Below are positions 38,189 to 46,956 of a stretch of 64,000 bases of DNA, one piece after another (within the stretch, counting starts at the first letter, position 1; each line of letters opens with the position of its first letter). This stretch comes from a virus (Duplodnaviria; Caudoviricetes). A model generated the notes under the pieces. That model was not told the DNA's origin and did not search any database. It saw only the letters and a list, made by a program, of their open reading frames with translations. The position numbers and the translations under genes were made by a program. The stretch lies in IMG/VR virus record IMGVR_UViG_3300009183_000045. One strand, 5' to 3'.

Positions 38189-39337
38189 TTACTCTTGCTC
38201 TTCTACATCATTATCTGGTTCTAAGACCGGAGAATCAACGGTTTCTTTGCGATATTTGAGTTGTTCTTGTAATTTACTTTCAATCTGTGGAAGAATCTTA
38301 TTCCATATTTCTTCATCAGCTCTCCAAGATTTATAATATCCTAATTTAGTCCCGTCAGCTAATGCAAAAGTGGCTCCGTTTTGAACAACTACACCATACC
38401 CAAGTGCCATTTCAAGAAGACCAGAATACTTGGCCAAACCCGACCTGAAATTGAGATATAATTCTGTTTCAAGAAAAGGAGGAACAATGCGATTCTTAAT
38501 TGTAAGAGCTCTTAAAGTCACACCGTTAACATCTTTTGCCATTGGTATAATTTCATCGGAAGCCTCTCTACTGCCATTGGAACCACCAGAAGCCTTTTCA
38601 TTTTTGACAGCCATCTGCACTAGCACAGAAGACATATACAAAGGACCGGAACCGCCAGACTGTTGCTTCACAACTCCTGGAAACATTTCCGAAGGATTTG
38701 TATAGATGTGATTACTGAATATAATAGGCACATCTGCTTTAGCTGCTTTATGTGTTAACACTCGAAGCATACTCTTGAGTCCCTTGGCTCTAGCTCCCAT
38801 ATCCATGGCTTCTTTGCCTGCAGACACATCATTCATCTCCTTAGTAGAAACTAAATTTCCTAGAGAGTCAATAGATATAATAAATTGACTCTTAAGTTTT
38901 TTTTCAATGACAGAATCAAGAAATTGACTAATCTGATTACGACACTGTTCAACTGTTTCAACCGGACAATATTTAACTCTAGAAGGATCTATACCCATGT
39001 TTGATGCAGATTGAGCATCTACTGCATTCTCTGTATCAAAGATAACAACATAGCGACCCGCTTTTTGAGCTTCTGCTAGAATTTTATTAATAACATAAGT
39101 CTTACCACAACTAGTAGGACCACTAAATCCAGTAATACGACCACTAGGAATTCCTTTATACAAAGAACCCCCTACAATGGCATTCAAAGCCATAGACCCT
39201 GTATCAATAAAACTACTAACATTAGACAATGTATTATTATCTAAAAAAGAAGCTTCTGGATTTAATCCATCTAAAACTTTAAAGGCAGATAACACATCTG
39301 CAGGATAATCTTTTTTTGCCATATTTTTATTCATCAA
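38189..39337 (-). CDS. uvsX: RecA-like recombinase
   Basis: IDTGS.ALN, G.PSGRIT.F.GPTSCGKT, DTENA, IDSLGNL, MGARAK, SGG.G and KNR. Real start may be MAKKDY at 39322. Confidence 0.95.
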   Translation of the reverse strand: MMNKNMAKKDYPADVLSAFKVLDGLNPEASFLDNNTLSNVSSFIDTGSMALNAIVGGSLYKGIPSGRITGFSGPTSCGKTYVINKILAEAQKAGRYVVIFDTENAVDAQSASNMGIDPSRVKYCPVETVEQCRNQISQFLDSVIEKKLKSQFIISIDSLGNLVSTKEMNDVSAGKEAMDMGARAKGLKSMLRVLTHKAAKADVPIIFSNHIYTNPSEMFPGVVKQQSGGSGPLYMSSVLVQMAVKNEKASGGSNGSREASDEIIPMAKDVNGVTLRALTIKNRIVPPFLETELYLNFRSGLAKYSGLLEMALGYGVVVQNGATFALADGTKLGYYKSWRADEEIWNKILPQIESKLQEQLKYRKETVDSPVLEPDNDVEEQE

Positions 39338-39719
39338 ACAAATTGACTACAGTATTATTTGTTTGCTGATTGGGTGCTGGCTGTTGGTTAACTGTACCTG
39401 GAGGCACAAATAAATTATTCTTATTAAATAATTGAGCATATTGGGCCAATAGACGAAAATCTATAGCAGAAATATTCGAAGTGGTGATCAATTTGTTTTG
39501 GAAAGTAAACTGAACATCATCTGCTTTATCTGCAAGAAATTCTCTAAAGAATAGAGGGTATAATTGTACAGTCATACCACCCTTTTCAGCGGGGACAACA
39601 TTTAAAATAACTGGATTGGTCACCACTGTGACATCTTCAGTTTGAGAGGTTAATTCTCCTAGAATGGTTCTTCCTACTGTATCTAGGAACACTGCGGTTT
39701 TTTTGGTTTCTTCACTCAT
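39327..39719 (-). CDS. hypothetical protein
   Basis: 130-aa ORF in the operon. Confidence 0.7.
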   Translation of the reverse strand: MSEETKKTAVFLDTVGRTILGELTSQTEDVTVVTNPVILNVVPAEKGGMTVQLYPLFFREFLADKADDVQFTFQNKLITTSNISAIDFRLLAQYAQLFNKNNLFVPPGTVNQQPAPNQQTNNTVVNLFDE

Positions 39720-39731
39720 TGTGTTAATTTA

Positions 39732-40538
39732 TTATATTACTAATATTCCATTTTTCAATGCAAATTCTTCTCTTTTTGGTTCTGTTGTTTCTGGAGATAA
39801 TATATCTTCTAGAGATCCTTCTGGACTAGGATGGGATAGTAAGGTGTTTTTGCGTGGTGTTTCTTTATTTTCTTTTTTAGTGGTAACAACCTCTAGAGCT
39901 TCTGCAATGGCCGGAAATAATTGGTTAAAACTTTCCTTGATAGAATTAGCTATTGTCCTGTGTTCAAGTTGAGTATCTACTTTGCACCTCAAATCAAAAT
40001 AATGGATCCAGGAACGAATGTTTCCGGACATATAAAGAGTTGTTTGTGTGCAAAGAGGTAAAACTTTACGAGCACTTTCTCTTGCTCCTCCTTTGGATAT
40101 TATATATTCATACAGATCAATGCCATCTGTTACATGATCTATTACTCTTTTAATATCTTCCTTGCTTAGTGGTAAAATATCTGTACTAGATTGACGATTT
40201 TTTTCTGCCTGAGCTCTAATATCGAAGGATTCAATTCCGGTTACCATACTGTATCGCTGGCTAAATTCTTGAAAAGCAAAAGACTTGTGTCTAATAATTT
40301 GAGCTGATATGTCCCTGCTAGTTTGAATTTCAACCGTCATTGAAGCTTGCTCAAAGATGGACCAATGGCCGTGTTCTATACAATATTTAATTAATTTTGA
40401 AGCAGATTCTAAGTTTAATTGATTAGATGGATTTGAAACTCTGGCACAATATACAATAAATTCTTCTGCGGTTAAAAATCTTGTATTATCTTCAGATCTT
40501 ATAAAGGGTTGAGTAACTGCTACTACTTTGGTGTACAT
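39732..40538 (-). CDS. thyX: flavin-dependent thymidylate synthase
   Basis: ARVSNP, HGHWSIFEQ, QIIRHKSFAFQEFSQRY, E.AR.VLP, SGN.RSW.H...R and Q.EHR. Confidence 0.95.
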   Translation of the reverse strand: MYTKVVAVTQPFIRSEDNTRFLTAEEFIVYCARVSNPSNQLNLESASKLIKYCIEHGHWSIFEQASMTVEIQTSRDISAQIIRHKSFAFQEFSQRYSMVTGIESFDIRAQAEKNRQSSTDILPLSKEDIKRVIDHVTDGIDLYEYIISKGGARESARKVLPLCTQTTLYMSGNIRSWIHYFDLRCKVDTQLEHRTIANSIKESFNQLFPAIAEALEVVTTKKENKETPRKNTLLSHPSPEGSLEDILSPETTEPKREEFALKNGILVI

Positions 40539-41332
40539 ATACCTTTAAATTTTAAAATGTTATGCTTAATAAGTTCTAAATTTGAAGAAGAAATTTCTGT
40601 ATCAAATAACTCTACCATTTTTTGAGGAGATTTGTCTAAAAGAGTTTCAATGTCATCATATGATTTACCAGAAATACCTGCCATAACGGGGTGGGATGTA
40701 TCTATACTATCAATAAAATTATATCTCATTGCTACATAATGACTAAATTCTGTAGGGACACCACATCCTAATAAATGATGTGGTTTATTTTTATTAATAA
40801 TACCCATTCCCACTAAGTGATTTATTAATTTAATGCGACCTACATTAAATCTATAAGCATTTGAATTGACATAATGTTCTTGTGTAGATTCTAGAAAATA
40901 ATCATAACCAAAACTAATTGCTATCTTATCAGCCTTTTCATTCATGAACCGATAACACTTTACAAGTTCTTGTAAAGTTTTGCCTTGCAAGACACCAATC
41001 TTTTTACCTGATAATTGAGACAAATCAAAATTATTTGTAAAAGATTCAAATGAACTAATATTGTGATCACAATCTTGCCATACGTCAGGCACTATATATT
41101 CATCTGGTTGAATTTCTAAAAGCCATTTGTAATATTTTTTTGAATCAAATGCTACACCTAATTCAAAAAGACTGCAATCCATAATAATTTGACGACCACT
41201 AATTTTAGCTTTCTTAAAAAATTCTAAATATGCAGGGTATTGTTCCAGTAGATGAACTAAACAATAATCATAATCTGTCATTGTTTGTATCTCGTCCATA
41301 ATTGACATTGGAGCTTCGTGTGCTATTCTCAT
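40523..41332 (-). CDS. dpdA: TGT-fold transglycosylase, DpdA-like (7-deazaguanine DNA base exchange)
   Basis: Motif series IIMDCSLFE / VPDV / GVLQG / AISFG / HHLLGCG / IDSIDTSHP parallels TGT DSGGFQ / LD / GIVQG / AIGG / YLMGVG / DMFDCVMP. No tRNA-TGT Zn site. Co-located with folE2, queD and queE. Confidence 0.7.
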   Translation of the reverse strand: MRIAHEAPMSIMDEIQTMTDYDYCLVHLLEQYPAYLEFFKKAKISGRQIIMDCSLFELGVAFDSKKYYKWLLEIQPDEYIVPDVWQDCDHNISSFESFTNNFDLSQLSGKKIGVLQGKTLQELVKCYRFMNEKADKIAISFGYDYFLESTQEHYVNSNAYRFNVGRIKLINHLVGMGIINKNKPHHLLGCGVPTEFSHYVAMRYNFIDSIDTSHPVMAGISGKSYDDIETLLDKSPQKMVELFDTEISSSNLELIKHNILKFKGICTPK

Positions 41333-41353
41333 ATTGTTTTAATAATAACCCGA

Positions 41354-43693
41354 CTATCCGAATAAATCAAACAAATCTGTCTGAACTTCTCTTCCTGTTT
41401 GTGGAAGTCTCCATCCAATACAATCATAAAACCTCTCTAGTGGAGGAGATACTATCTTGTCAAACATGGTTTGATAATCGGGTTTGACGTGTTCATAAAG
41501 TTCTGTAGGATATCTTTCCATGAAAGCCATACTTTTGTAATTGAAAGCGTTCTTGCTTGTGTAGAAATATTTCAATTTCATGGCACTTCCTATAGATTCA
41601 TACTGATGATCCAATTTATAATGCTTGAGGAGTTTATTAAAGTGAATAGCACTCTTGGCTTGGAGAGTTGTTCCCTTTCCTATTTGTCCAAAAGCGTCTA
41701 TTTTGGCTTCATATTTTTCATAATCAGAAATTTTGGTTCTAATTGAAATGTTTTCCACCGGCATACTACAAAAGTCTTCATGAGCTTTCTTAAATATGGT
41801 GTCTGCTTTCTTTTTATCTTGAGCCATCATTGCAGATTCAATCACACTTTTGATTAATTCTTTAACTTCCTTCGAGATTGTAGAGCGAGCTATCTCAACT
41901 CCTACATATTTGAAAGGTTTCTTCGGAATCTTGCCTTCTTTGTCTATAATGTGTAGTATATAGCGCTTCTTAGCATCAAATAAAGCTACATCACAAATTG
42001 TTTCTTGTTTAAAAACAAACCGTGGATCACTTACTTTCAGTTCTTTTCGAGCCCATATCTTGATTTGTTCATTGAGATATACGTCAATTTCCCCGATTAC
42101 CTTCCTGGCTCCTTCTGTAATCTTGCCGTTTTCCTGCAGATTGATGTTTAGGGTATTGAGGATGGGTTCGATGGAAAAGTAAGCAGAATCAGTATCTCCG
42201 TAGCGATACAGGTCGCCTTTCTTCCCGGTAAACCCTTGCTGCCGGGCATATTCTAAAACAATTTCTGGAGCTTGCTTGGCCACTGTTTGGCCTGTTAGAG
42301 TAATGCTAGCGGAATGATCAATGTCAAAAAGCGGAGAATATTTCTGTGCAAATACACCATAAATGGAGTTTAGAATCAACTTAAACACATTTTGTTGTGT
42401 GTCAAGGTTAAGAATCTCGGCTTCAAGCCGTAATTTTTCCTCTTTATCTGTTAATGTCTCTGCAATATCTGTTAATCTTGAGGCTTCTCTCTGAGTTTGC
42501 ACTCGTTCATCATACAATCTATCGATTAAAGCAGGCACAACACCACGAAATTTCTGTGTATACAATACATTATACTTAGAAATTGACAATTCTTCTTTCT
42601 GTACCAGGCGATTAAACTTTTCTTCAGAGAGAATTACTGTTTTTTCATTGGAAAGACGAATTGTATACTCATTATTTTCTATTTCGACTATTTTTCCTAT
42701 CTTTGTCTCCGGAGAAATGTTCAAAGTGATGATTGTATTTGGATATAGACTGTTTGCATCATAGCTTACCACAGATTTACACAGACCTCTCTCGGGTTCG
42801 TGTACATATCCACCTACATATTCATCTCTGATGCCGTCATTCTTGAATGTAGGGATGCGATATCCCTGTAAAAGAGCTTGATGAGCAACTGCTCCGGTGA
42901 TCATAGAGACCTTTCCGAGAGATTGTTCGAAGGGAATGAAACCTTTATAGGACAAAGCTCTAATCAATTTGAGAAATTTAAGCTTCTCTTCCATCTTTGC
43001 TAGCAGTCTTACATCTTGTATGTTGTAATCTACAAATAAATCCCAATCAGATTCTGAGAGAGCTGCTAGATTGGTGCCACCAACATCTGTTTTGCCTTCA
43101 TTCAATTCATATTCTGAAATATAATTCAAAGAATAAGACTCTCTGTCGCCGCGGGAGAAGGTTTTATACACCTCCATGTAGTCAATATTACTCACTCCAC
43201 GAATATACCACCTATCAATCATCTTACCCATCTTGTTCATTGCTACATTCTCTCGATAGTAGATAGCCCTTACCGGAGATAGACGAGAAGTCTCCTCTTG
43301 GCCCAAGAGTTTATTAATGCGATTCATTACATAAGGAACGTCAAATCCCTCAGAGTTCCAACCAACCATCATATCTGGAGGATCTTTCTCCCAGAAACTC
43401 AAAAAAGCATTTAATAATTCTGTTTCTTTTTTACAATATGTGTAAACAACATTATCTTCTTTAGGTTTATAGGGTTTCAATCCCCAAGAATAAAATTTTT
43501 GACTGATGGAATCAAAAATTGTAATTAAATTGATTGGGTCATTGGCTATTTTAGGCTCCGGAAATTCTCCTTGTTGACTATAACAAGAATTAAAGTATGA
43601 AGTCCAACACTGTTTATCTTCATCCCATACTTCATAATCTTCAAACATGTTGCTATTACGAAATTCTCCTAATTTTATTGTGGATTCAGCCAT
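41354..43693 (-). CDS. gp43: family B DNA polymerase, C-terminal fragment (ExoII-ExoIII plus polymerase domain)
   Basis: GEFPEP..A.DPINLIT, GWNSEGFDVPY, YNIQDV, YDANSLYP, QNVFKLILNSIYG, YGDTDS, KKRY, YVGVE and C-terminal clamp-binding-like QTDLFDLFG. ExoI is absent. Confidence 0.95.
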   Translation of the reverse strand: MAESTIKLGEFRNSNMFEDYEVWDEDKQCWTSYFNSCYSQQGEFPEPKIANDPINLITIFDSISQKFYSWGLKPYKPKEDNVVYTYCKKETELLNAFLSFWEKDPPDMMVGWNSEGFDVPYVMNRINKLLGQEETSRLSPVRAIYYRENVAMNKMGKMIDRWYIRGVSNIDYMEVYKTFSRGDRESYSLNYISEYELNEGKTDVGGTNLAALSESDWDLFVDYNIQDVRLLAKMEEKLKFLKLIRALSYKGFIPFEQSLGKVSMITGAVAHQALLQGYRIPTFKNDGIRDEYVGGYVHEPERGLCKSVVSYDANSLYPNTIITLNISPETKIGKIVEIENNEYTIRLSNEKTVILSEEKFNRLVQKEELSISKYNVLYTQKFRGVVPALIDRLYDERVQTQREASRLTDIAETLTDKEEKLRLEAEILNLDTQQNVFKLILNSIYGVFAQKYSPLFDIDHSASITLTGQTVAKQAPEIVLEYARQQGFTGKKGDLYRYGDTDSAYFSIEPILNTLNINLQENGKITEGARKVIGEIDVYLNEQIKIWARKELKVSDPRFVFKQETICDVALFDAKKRYILHIIDKEGKIPKKPFKYVGVEIARSTISKEVKELIKSVIESAMMAQDKKKADTIFKKAHEDFCSMPVENISIRTKISDYEKYEAKIDAFGQIGKGTTLQAKSAIHFNKLLKHYKLDHQYESIGSAMKLKYFYTSKNAFNYKSMAFMERYPTELYEHVKPDYQTMFDKIVSPPLERFYDCIGWRLPQTGREVQTDLFDLFG

Positions 43694-44487
43694 ATATTGC
43701 GCAGATTTGTTAAATTTTTATGTTTACAAGGAGATATATTCTCTATCAAATAAGATATAAATTCCTCTTCAGACATATTAGCGTATCTCTTACCCGAAAT
43801 CTCCCTTTGATTGGTTTTTTTACCCTTTTTGGCTTCTGATATCTTTCGTCCTCTTTCAATGTGGTTAACATTTTGGTTGTGCAAAGATTTTTTTAATCTA
43901 TTTTTTTTATCCTCAGCTGATAATTGAGATATATTTAATTTAGCCTTGCTGGATAGTTGCTGCCTCACCTCTAATGTATATCCTGCAGAGACTACCTTGG
44001 ACCTATCCCAGTGGCCGTAAATATATTTATTTTTTTTAATATTCACCCTATTGCCACATCCACATAAACAAATTGGTAAATTTTCTAATTTAATCTGATT
44101 TAAAATTAAATTTCTTTTTTGGTGGGATTCTGAGACCTTAAGGCGTGTCTCTGGATTTTTCATTGGATGATTGATTGAATATTCTTTCCTGGCAATTTCA
44201 AATTGTCTAGAAGTAGTTTTTCTATTTTTAGAATTATGAAAACACATTCGATTAAAAGCAGATGATAATTTAGTCTTTATCTGAATATTGTCTTTTTTAT
44301 ACATTTTACACAAAAGCCAATGAGCTATAAAATGTTCCCTGGCGGTGAGTAAACTAATATTGGAAGTTTCATTAGAACCCCCTAAACATTTAGGAATTAT
44401 ATGATGTCTTTCATAATATTGAAGAGTTAATTTAATTCTAGTTGTTCCTCTAGTACAGATTTTGAGATATATAGACTTATAATTCAC
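43675..44487 (-). mobile_element. free-standing MobE-like HNH homing endonuclease splitting the polymerase gene
   Basis: YERHHIIPKCLGGSN..SNI..LTAREHFIAHWLL, NUMOD3-like ETRLKVSES and RKISEAKKG, CLCGCG...GH. GTG start; 3' end overlaps the gp43 C-fragment start by 19 nt. Confidence 0.92.
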
Positions 44488-44505
44488 ATATATAATTATA
44501 AGTCT
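44473..44505 (-). promoter_or_regulatory. 12-bp hairpin enclosing the HNH start codon, with a late-promoter-like TAATTA in its 5' arm
   Basis: AGACTTATAATT-atatatGTG-AATTATAAGTCT; TAATTA at 44498-44493, 5 nt before the GTG. Confidence 0.7.
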
Positions 44506-44516
44506 CTAAGTCCCGG

Positions 44517-44915
44517 TTAAGATTTTTTTCTTATTTTAATTTTATGATCGTCCTTGTATCTCATACCGTACGTTTCAATGTCCCAAAAGTAAATCTTTAA
44601 AGGATTTGCCAGTGCTTCTGGCTTATGGATATCATCTTTGAATGAAGACAACAAAAATTCTTGTTCACAACTGAGATTGTGAAATATTCTTTTAATGGCC
44701 GTCTCGTTTACAAATTTATTACGTTCAAATTGATTTTTGAACTTAACTTTTTTTAGAGGTGTATTAAAAATAGAGACCGCATCTGTGCCGTATGCAGATT
44801 CTACGAACAGATGCGGTTCATAACTGGATTCTAATTTGATTCGTTTACCATTTTCATTCCACGTCCACAGATGGACACACTGTTTTGCGGAATCATAAAA
44901 GACATTTCGATACAT
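44517..44915 (-). CDS. gp43: family B DNA polymerase, N-terminal fragment (N-domain plus ExoI)
   Basis: MYRNVFYD....VHLWTW.ENGKRI....YEP.LF and PLKIYFWDIETY (ExoI DxE), then 16 extra aa and TAA. Confidence 0.9.
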   Translation of the reverse strand: MYRNVFYDSAKQCVHLWTWNENGKRIKLESSYEPHLFVESAYGTDAVSIFNTPLKKVKFKNQFERNKFVNETAIKRIFHNLSCEQEFLLSSFKDDIHKPEALANPLKIYFWDIETYGMRYKDDHKIKIRKKS

Positions 44916-44950
44916 CTCAATATTTTCATATCAATGTGATGGAATGTCAC
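44916..44950 (-). promoter_or_regulatory. putative promoter GTGACA-N17-GAAAAT-N6-ATG
   Basis: Same -35 hexamer, spacer and distance to the ATG as 2541-2575. Confidence 0.5.
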
Positions 44951-44951
44951 T

Positions 44952-45602
44952 CTATTTTACTTTCCATTTAACATCAAACTCGCTCCAATCTTCTGGAACA
45001 TCTTCAAATTTATTTTCTGTTAAAACTCCCCATCCAGATGAGCATTTTTTATAATTATCATCCAAGAAGACTTCAAAATTACTTAATTTGTTTTGAAATG
45101 TTTTAGATTTATTTGTGTAGATATTAGGTCTTCCGTCTTTTTCTACTTCACATTGTATTGTTTCTATAGATTTGTTATCTATTAGCAATTTTAAAGTGGT
45201 TAAAACTAAAAAATCACACCCCTGTAAATCACTTATATAAGTTTTAACACTTTTAATATCATTTTCTTCTAAAAAATTTATTAAATTTACAGTAGGCACC
45301 ACAATTTTTTCTTGGGTTTTAATTAAATGATATAAATTACTTTCTTTATTAGGTTCTAACAATGAACTAGAATCACCGTTGTTGCTTGATATGTAGAAAT
45401 ACATACTTTCATTATGTCTATCACACACAGCAGCATTAATTATTTTTACATGGGGGTGGGAGTTAAATCTTTGAAATAAAATTCTACAAAAATTTGGATT
45501 GGCTTCAAATATAAAAACTTTTTCATAATCATCAATCAAACCAGAAACACCATTTCCGTGATGGCCTCCTACATAAATTAAAACATTTTCGAATTTTTTC
45601 AT
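44952..45602 (-). CDS. FkbM-family SAM methyltransferase
   Basis: IYVGGHHG, FIFEANP, INAAV, N..SSSLL, V.TV.L and SDLQGCD..VL. Confidence 0.85.
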   Translation of the reverse strand: MKKFENVLIYVGGHHGNGVSGLIDDYEKVFIFEANPNFCRILFQRFNSHPHVKIINAAVCDRHNESMYFYISSNNGDSSSLLEPNKESNLYHLIKTQEKIVVPTVNLINFLEENDIKSVKTYISDLQGCDFLVLTTLKLLIDNKSIETIQCEVEKDGRPNIYTNKSKTFQNKLSNFEVFLDDNYKKCSSGWGVLTENKFEDVPEDWSEFDVKWKVK

Positions 45603-45605
45603 TTT

Positions 45606-46925
45606 TTATTTGGATAACTGATCTTGATTTAGTTTAATTAAATTAGGACTTTTTAAATTTCGCTCTTTAGATCCCCAATTAGTAAAATACATTGCCTCAA
45701 ATTCATCCAAATGATCTTCTAACCACAATTTGTCCGTAAAATCGTGAATATTTTTAGAAAGTTTCATATATCTGTCATAATCTGATGTAATGTGTTCTAA
45801 TTGGCTTATCAGATCAACACCTTTATCAAATTTTAACTCTGCATCTTTATATGTACAGAGATTTTGAAAGGTTCCTGGCATGCCAAATGCACCGGATTCA
45901 ACAATTTTAATGTTACTTTTAGATTTATTGAAAATATTATCTTGCAAGGGTGCAAAACTTACGTTACATGCTGCATCGTGTATGGCTTTGGGTAAATCAA
46001 ACAAAGAAGACCACGGTAAAAATTCCATTTCACCATTATCAATAAAGGGTTTAACCGAAAGTGGAAATGTTCCTTTCCAAACAAATTTAAATTTCTTGCG
46101 AGCCTTAATAATTTCATCAACAACGTGAGCAAAATCATCCTTTAGTCCAGTTTTATTGGCAACATCTATATGAGTGCCGGAACCAGCATACAATACTCGT
46201 GGTCTCCTCTTATGTTGATCATAAAGTTTTGCTATTCTATCTGGATAATAGTAATGTCCCAACCATTGTTTTGGAGCATAATTAGGAATGACTGTTACTT
46301 TCTTCGAACCAGTTTTTTCAATATAATAATCTTTCATATATTGACAGGTGACTGTCATCTCGTCCATCAATTCCATAATTTCTAAAATAGTGTTTTCCAC
46401 TTCTGAGGATGCAAAAGCTTCCTTGCATCTATTATAATCTGGAATATCATTTCGGAAGACCACATCATCAATTTCATACACCAATTTATAACCAATTTGA
46501 TCTTTATGTTTGTGAAGTTCTTGTATAAAACTTTTTTGTACCGGAGTTGCCTGTCTTTGCATTCTTATAGTTTTAATGTTTTGATAAAAACGCAAATCTA
46601 AAACCATACTAGTTAATCCAGATACACAAGCCTTATGATAAGCATTGAGAGAAATTTCGGGCCATATCATACGCCAGAAACCACAACCACCGTAATCTGC
46701 ATAATAGTTTAATGCTCGTGGTAAGTTGGCTTCTTGCATTACTACAGGTGCCTGCACTGGAATCCGAATAGGAACAGATGAGATGTATCGGTTCTTGGGT
46801 AAAAAAGATTGATAATGTCCAGATGGTAAATTTGGAATACCATGTTCCACAGAAGAATATTCGTAAACTATTTTATCATCTAAATTATGAGATGAATTGT
46901 CTGAAGATTTTAATTTTAAGGCCAT
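45606..46925 (-). CDS. GT-B glycosyltransferase
   Basis: NYYADYGGCGFWRM.WP, RMQRQ, YEIDD, VTC..MK.YY, VIPN, LYAGSG.H and APLQDN.FN.SKSNIK..E.GAFG.P. Confidence 0.8.
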   Translation of the reverse strand: MALKLKSSDNSSHNLDDKIVYEYSSVEHGIPNLPSGHYQSFLPKNRYISSVPIRIPVQAPVVMQEANLPRALNYYADYGGCGFWRMIWPEISLNAYHKACVSGLTSMVLDLRFYQNIKTIRMQRQATPVQKSFIQELHKHKDQIGYKLVYEIDDVVFRNDIPDYNRCKEAFASSEVENTILEIMELMDEMTVTCQYMKDYYIEKTGSKKVTVIPNYAPKQWLGHYYYPDRIAKLYDQHKRRPRVLYAGSGTHIDVANKTGLKDDFAHVVDEIIKARKKFKFVWKGTFPLSVKPFIDNGEMEFLPWSSLFDLPKAIHDAACNVSFAPLQDNIFNKSKSNIKIVESGAFGMPGTFQNLCTYKDAELKFDKGVDLISQLEHITSDYDRYMKLSKNIHDFTDKLWLEDHLDEFEAMYFTNWGSKERNLKSPNLIKLNQDQLSK

Positions 46926-46956
46926 TGAAATAAATAGAAAAATTTTTCAAATGTCA

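Noticed and set aside
43691-44519. Group I intron in the polymerase gene. A U-then-UAA 5' junction, a weak P1-like pairing (AAAUCU with GGACUU, 5 of 6 pairs) and a G at the end of the downstream AUG would give an in-frame splice KKS-AEST.
   Set aside because: No P3-P9 core or conserved P7 (GACUA / AUAGUC) elements were found, and the interval is essentially all HNH coding sequence. At most a vestige; RT-PCR would settle it.
43580-44567. Functional split intein in the polymerase
   Set aside because: The fragments total only ~54 aa and lack Cys/Ser1, block B TxxH and a terminal His-Asn.
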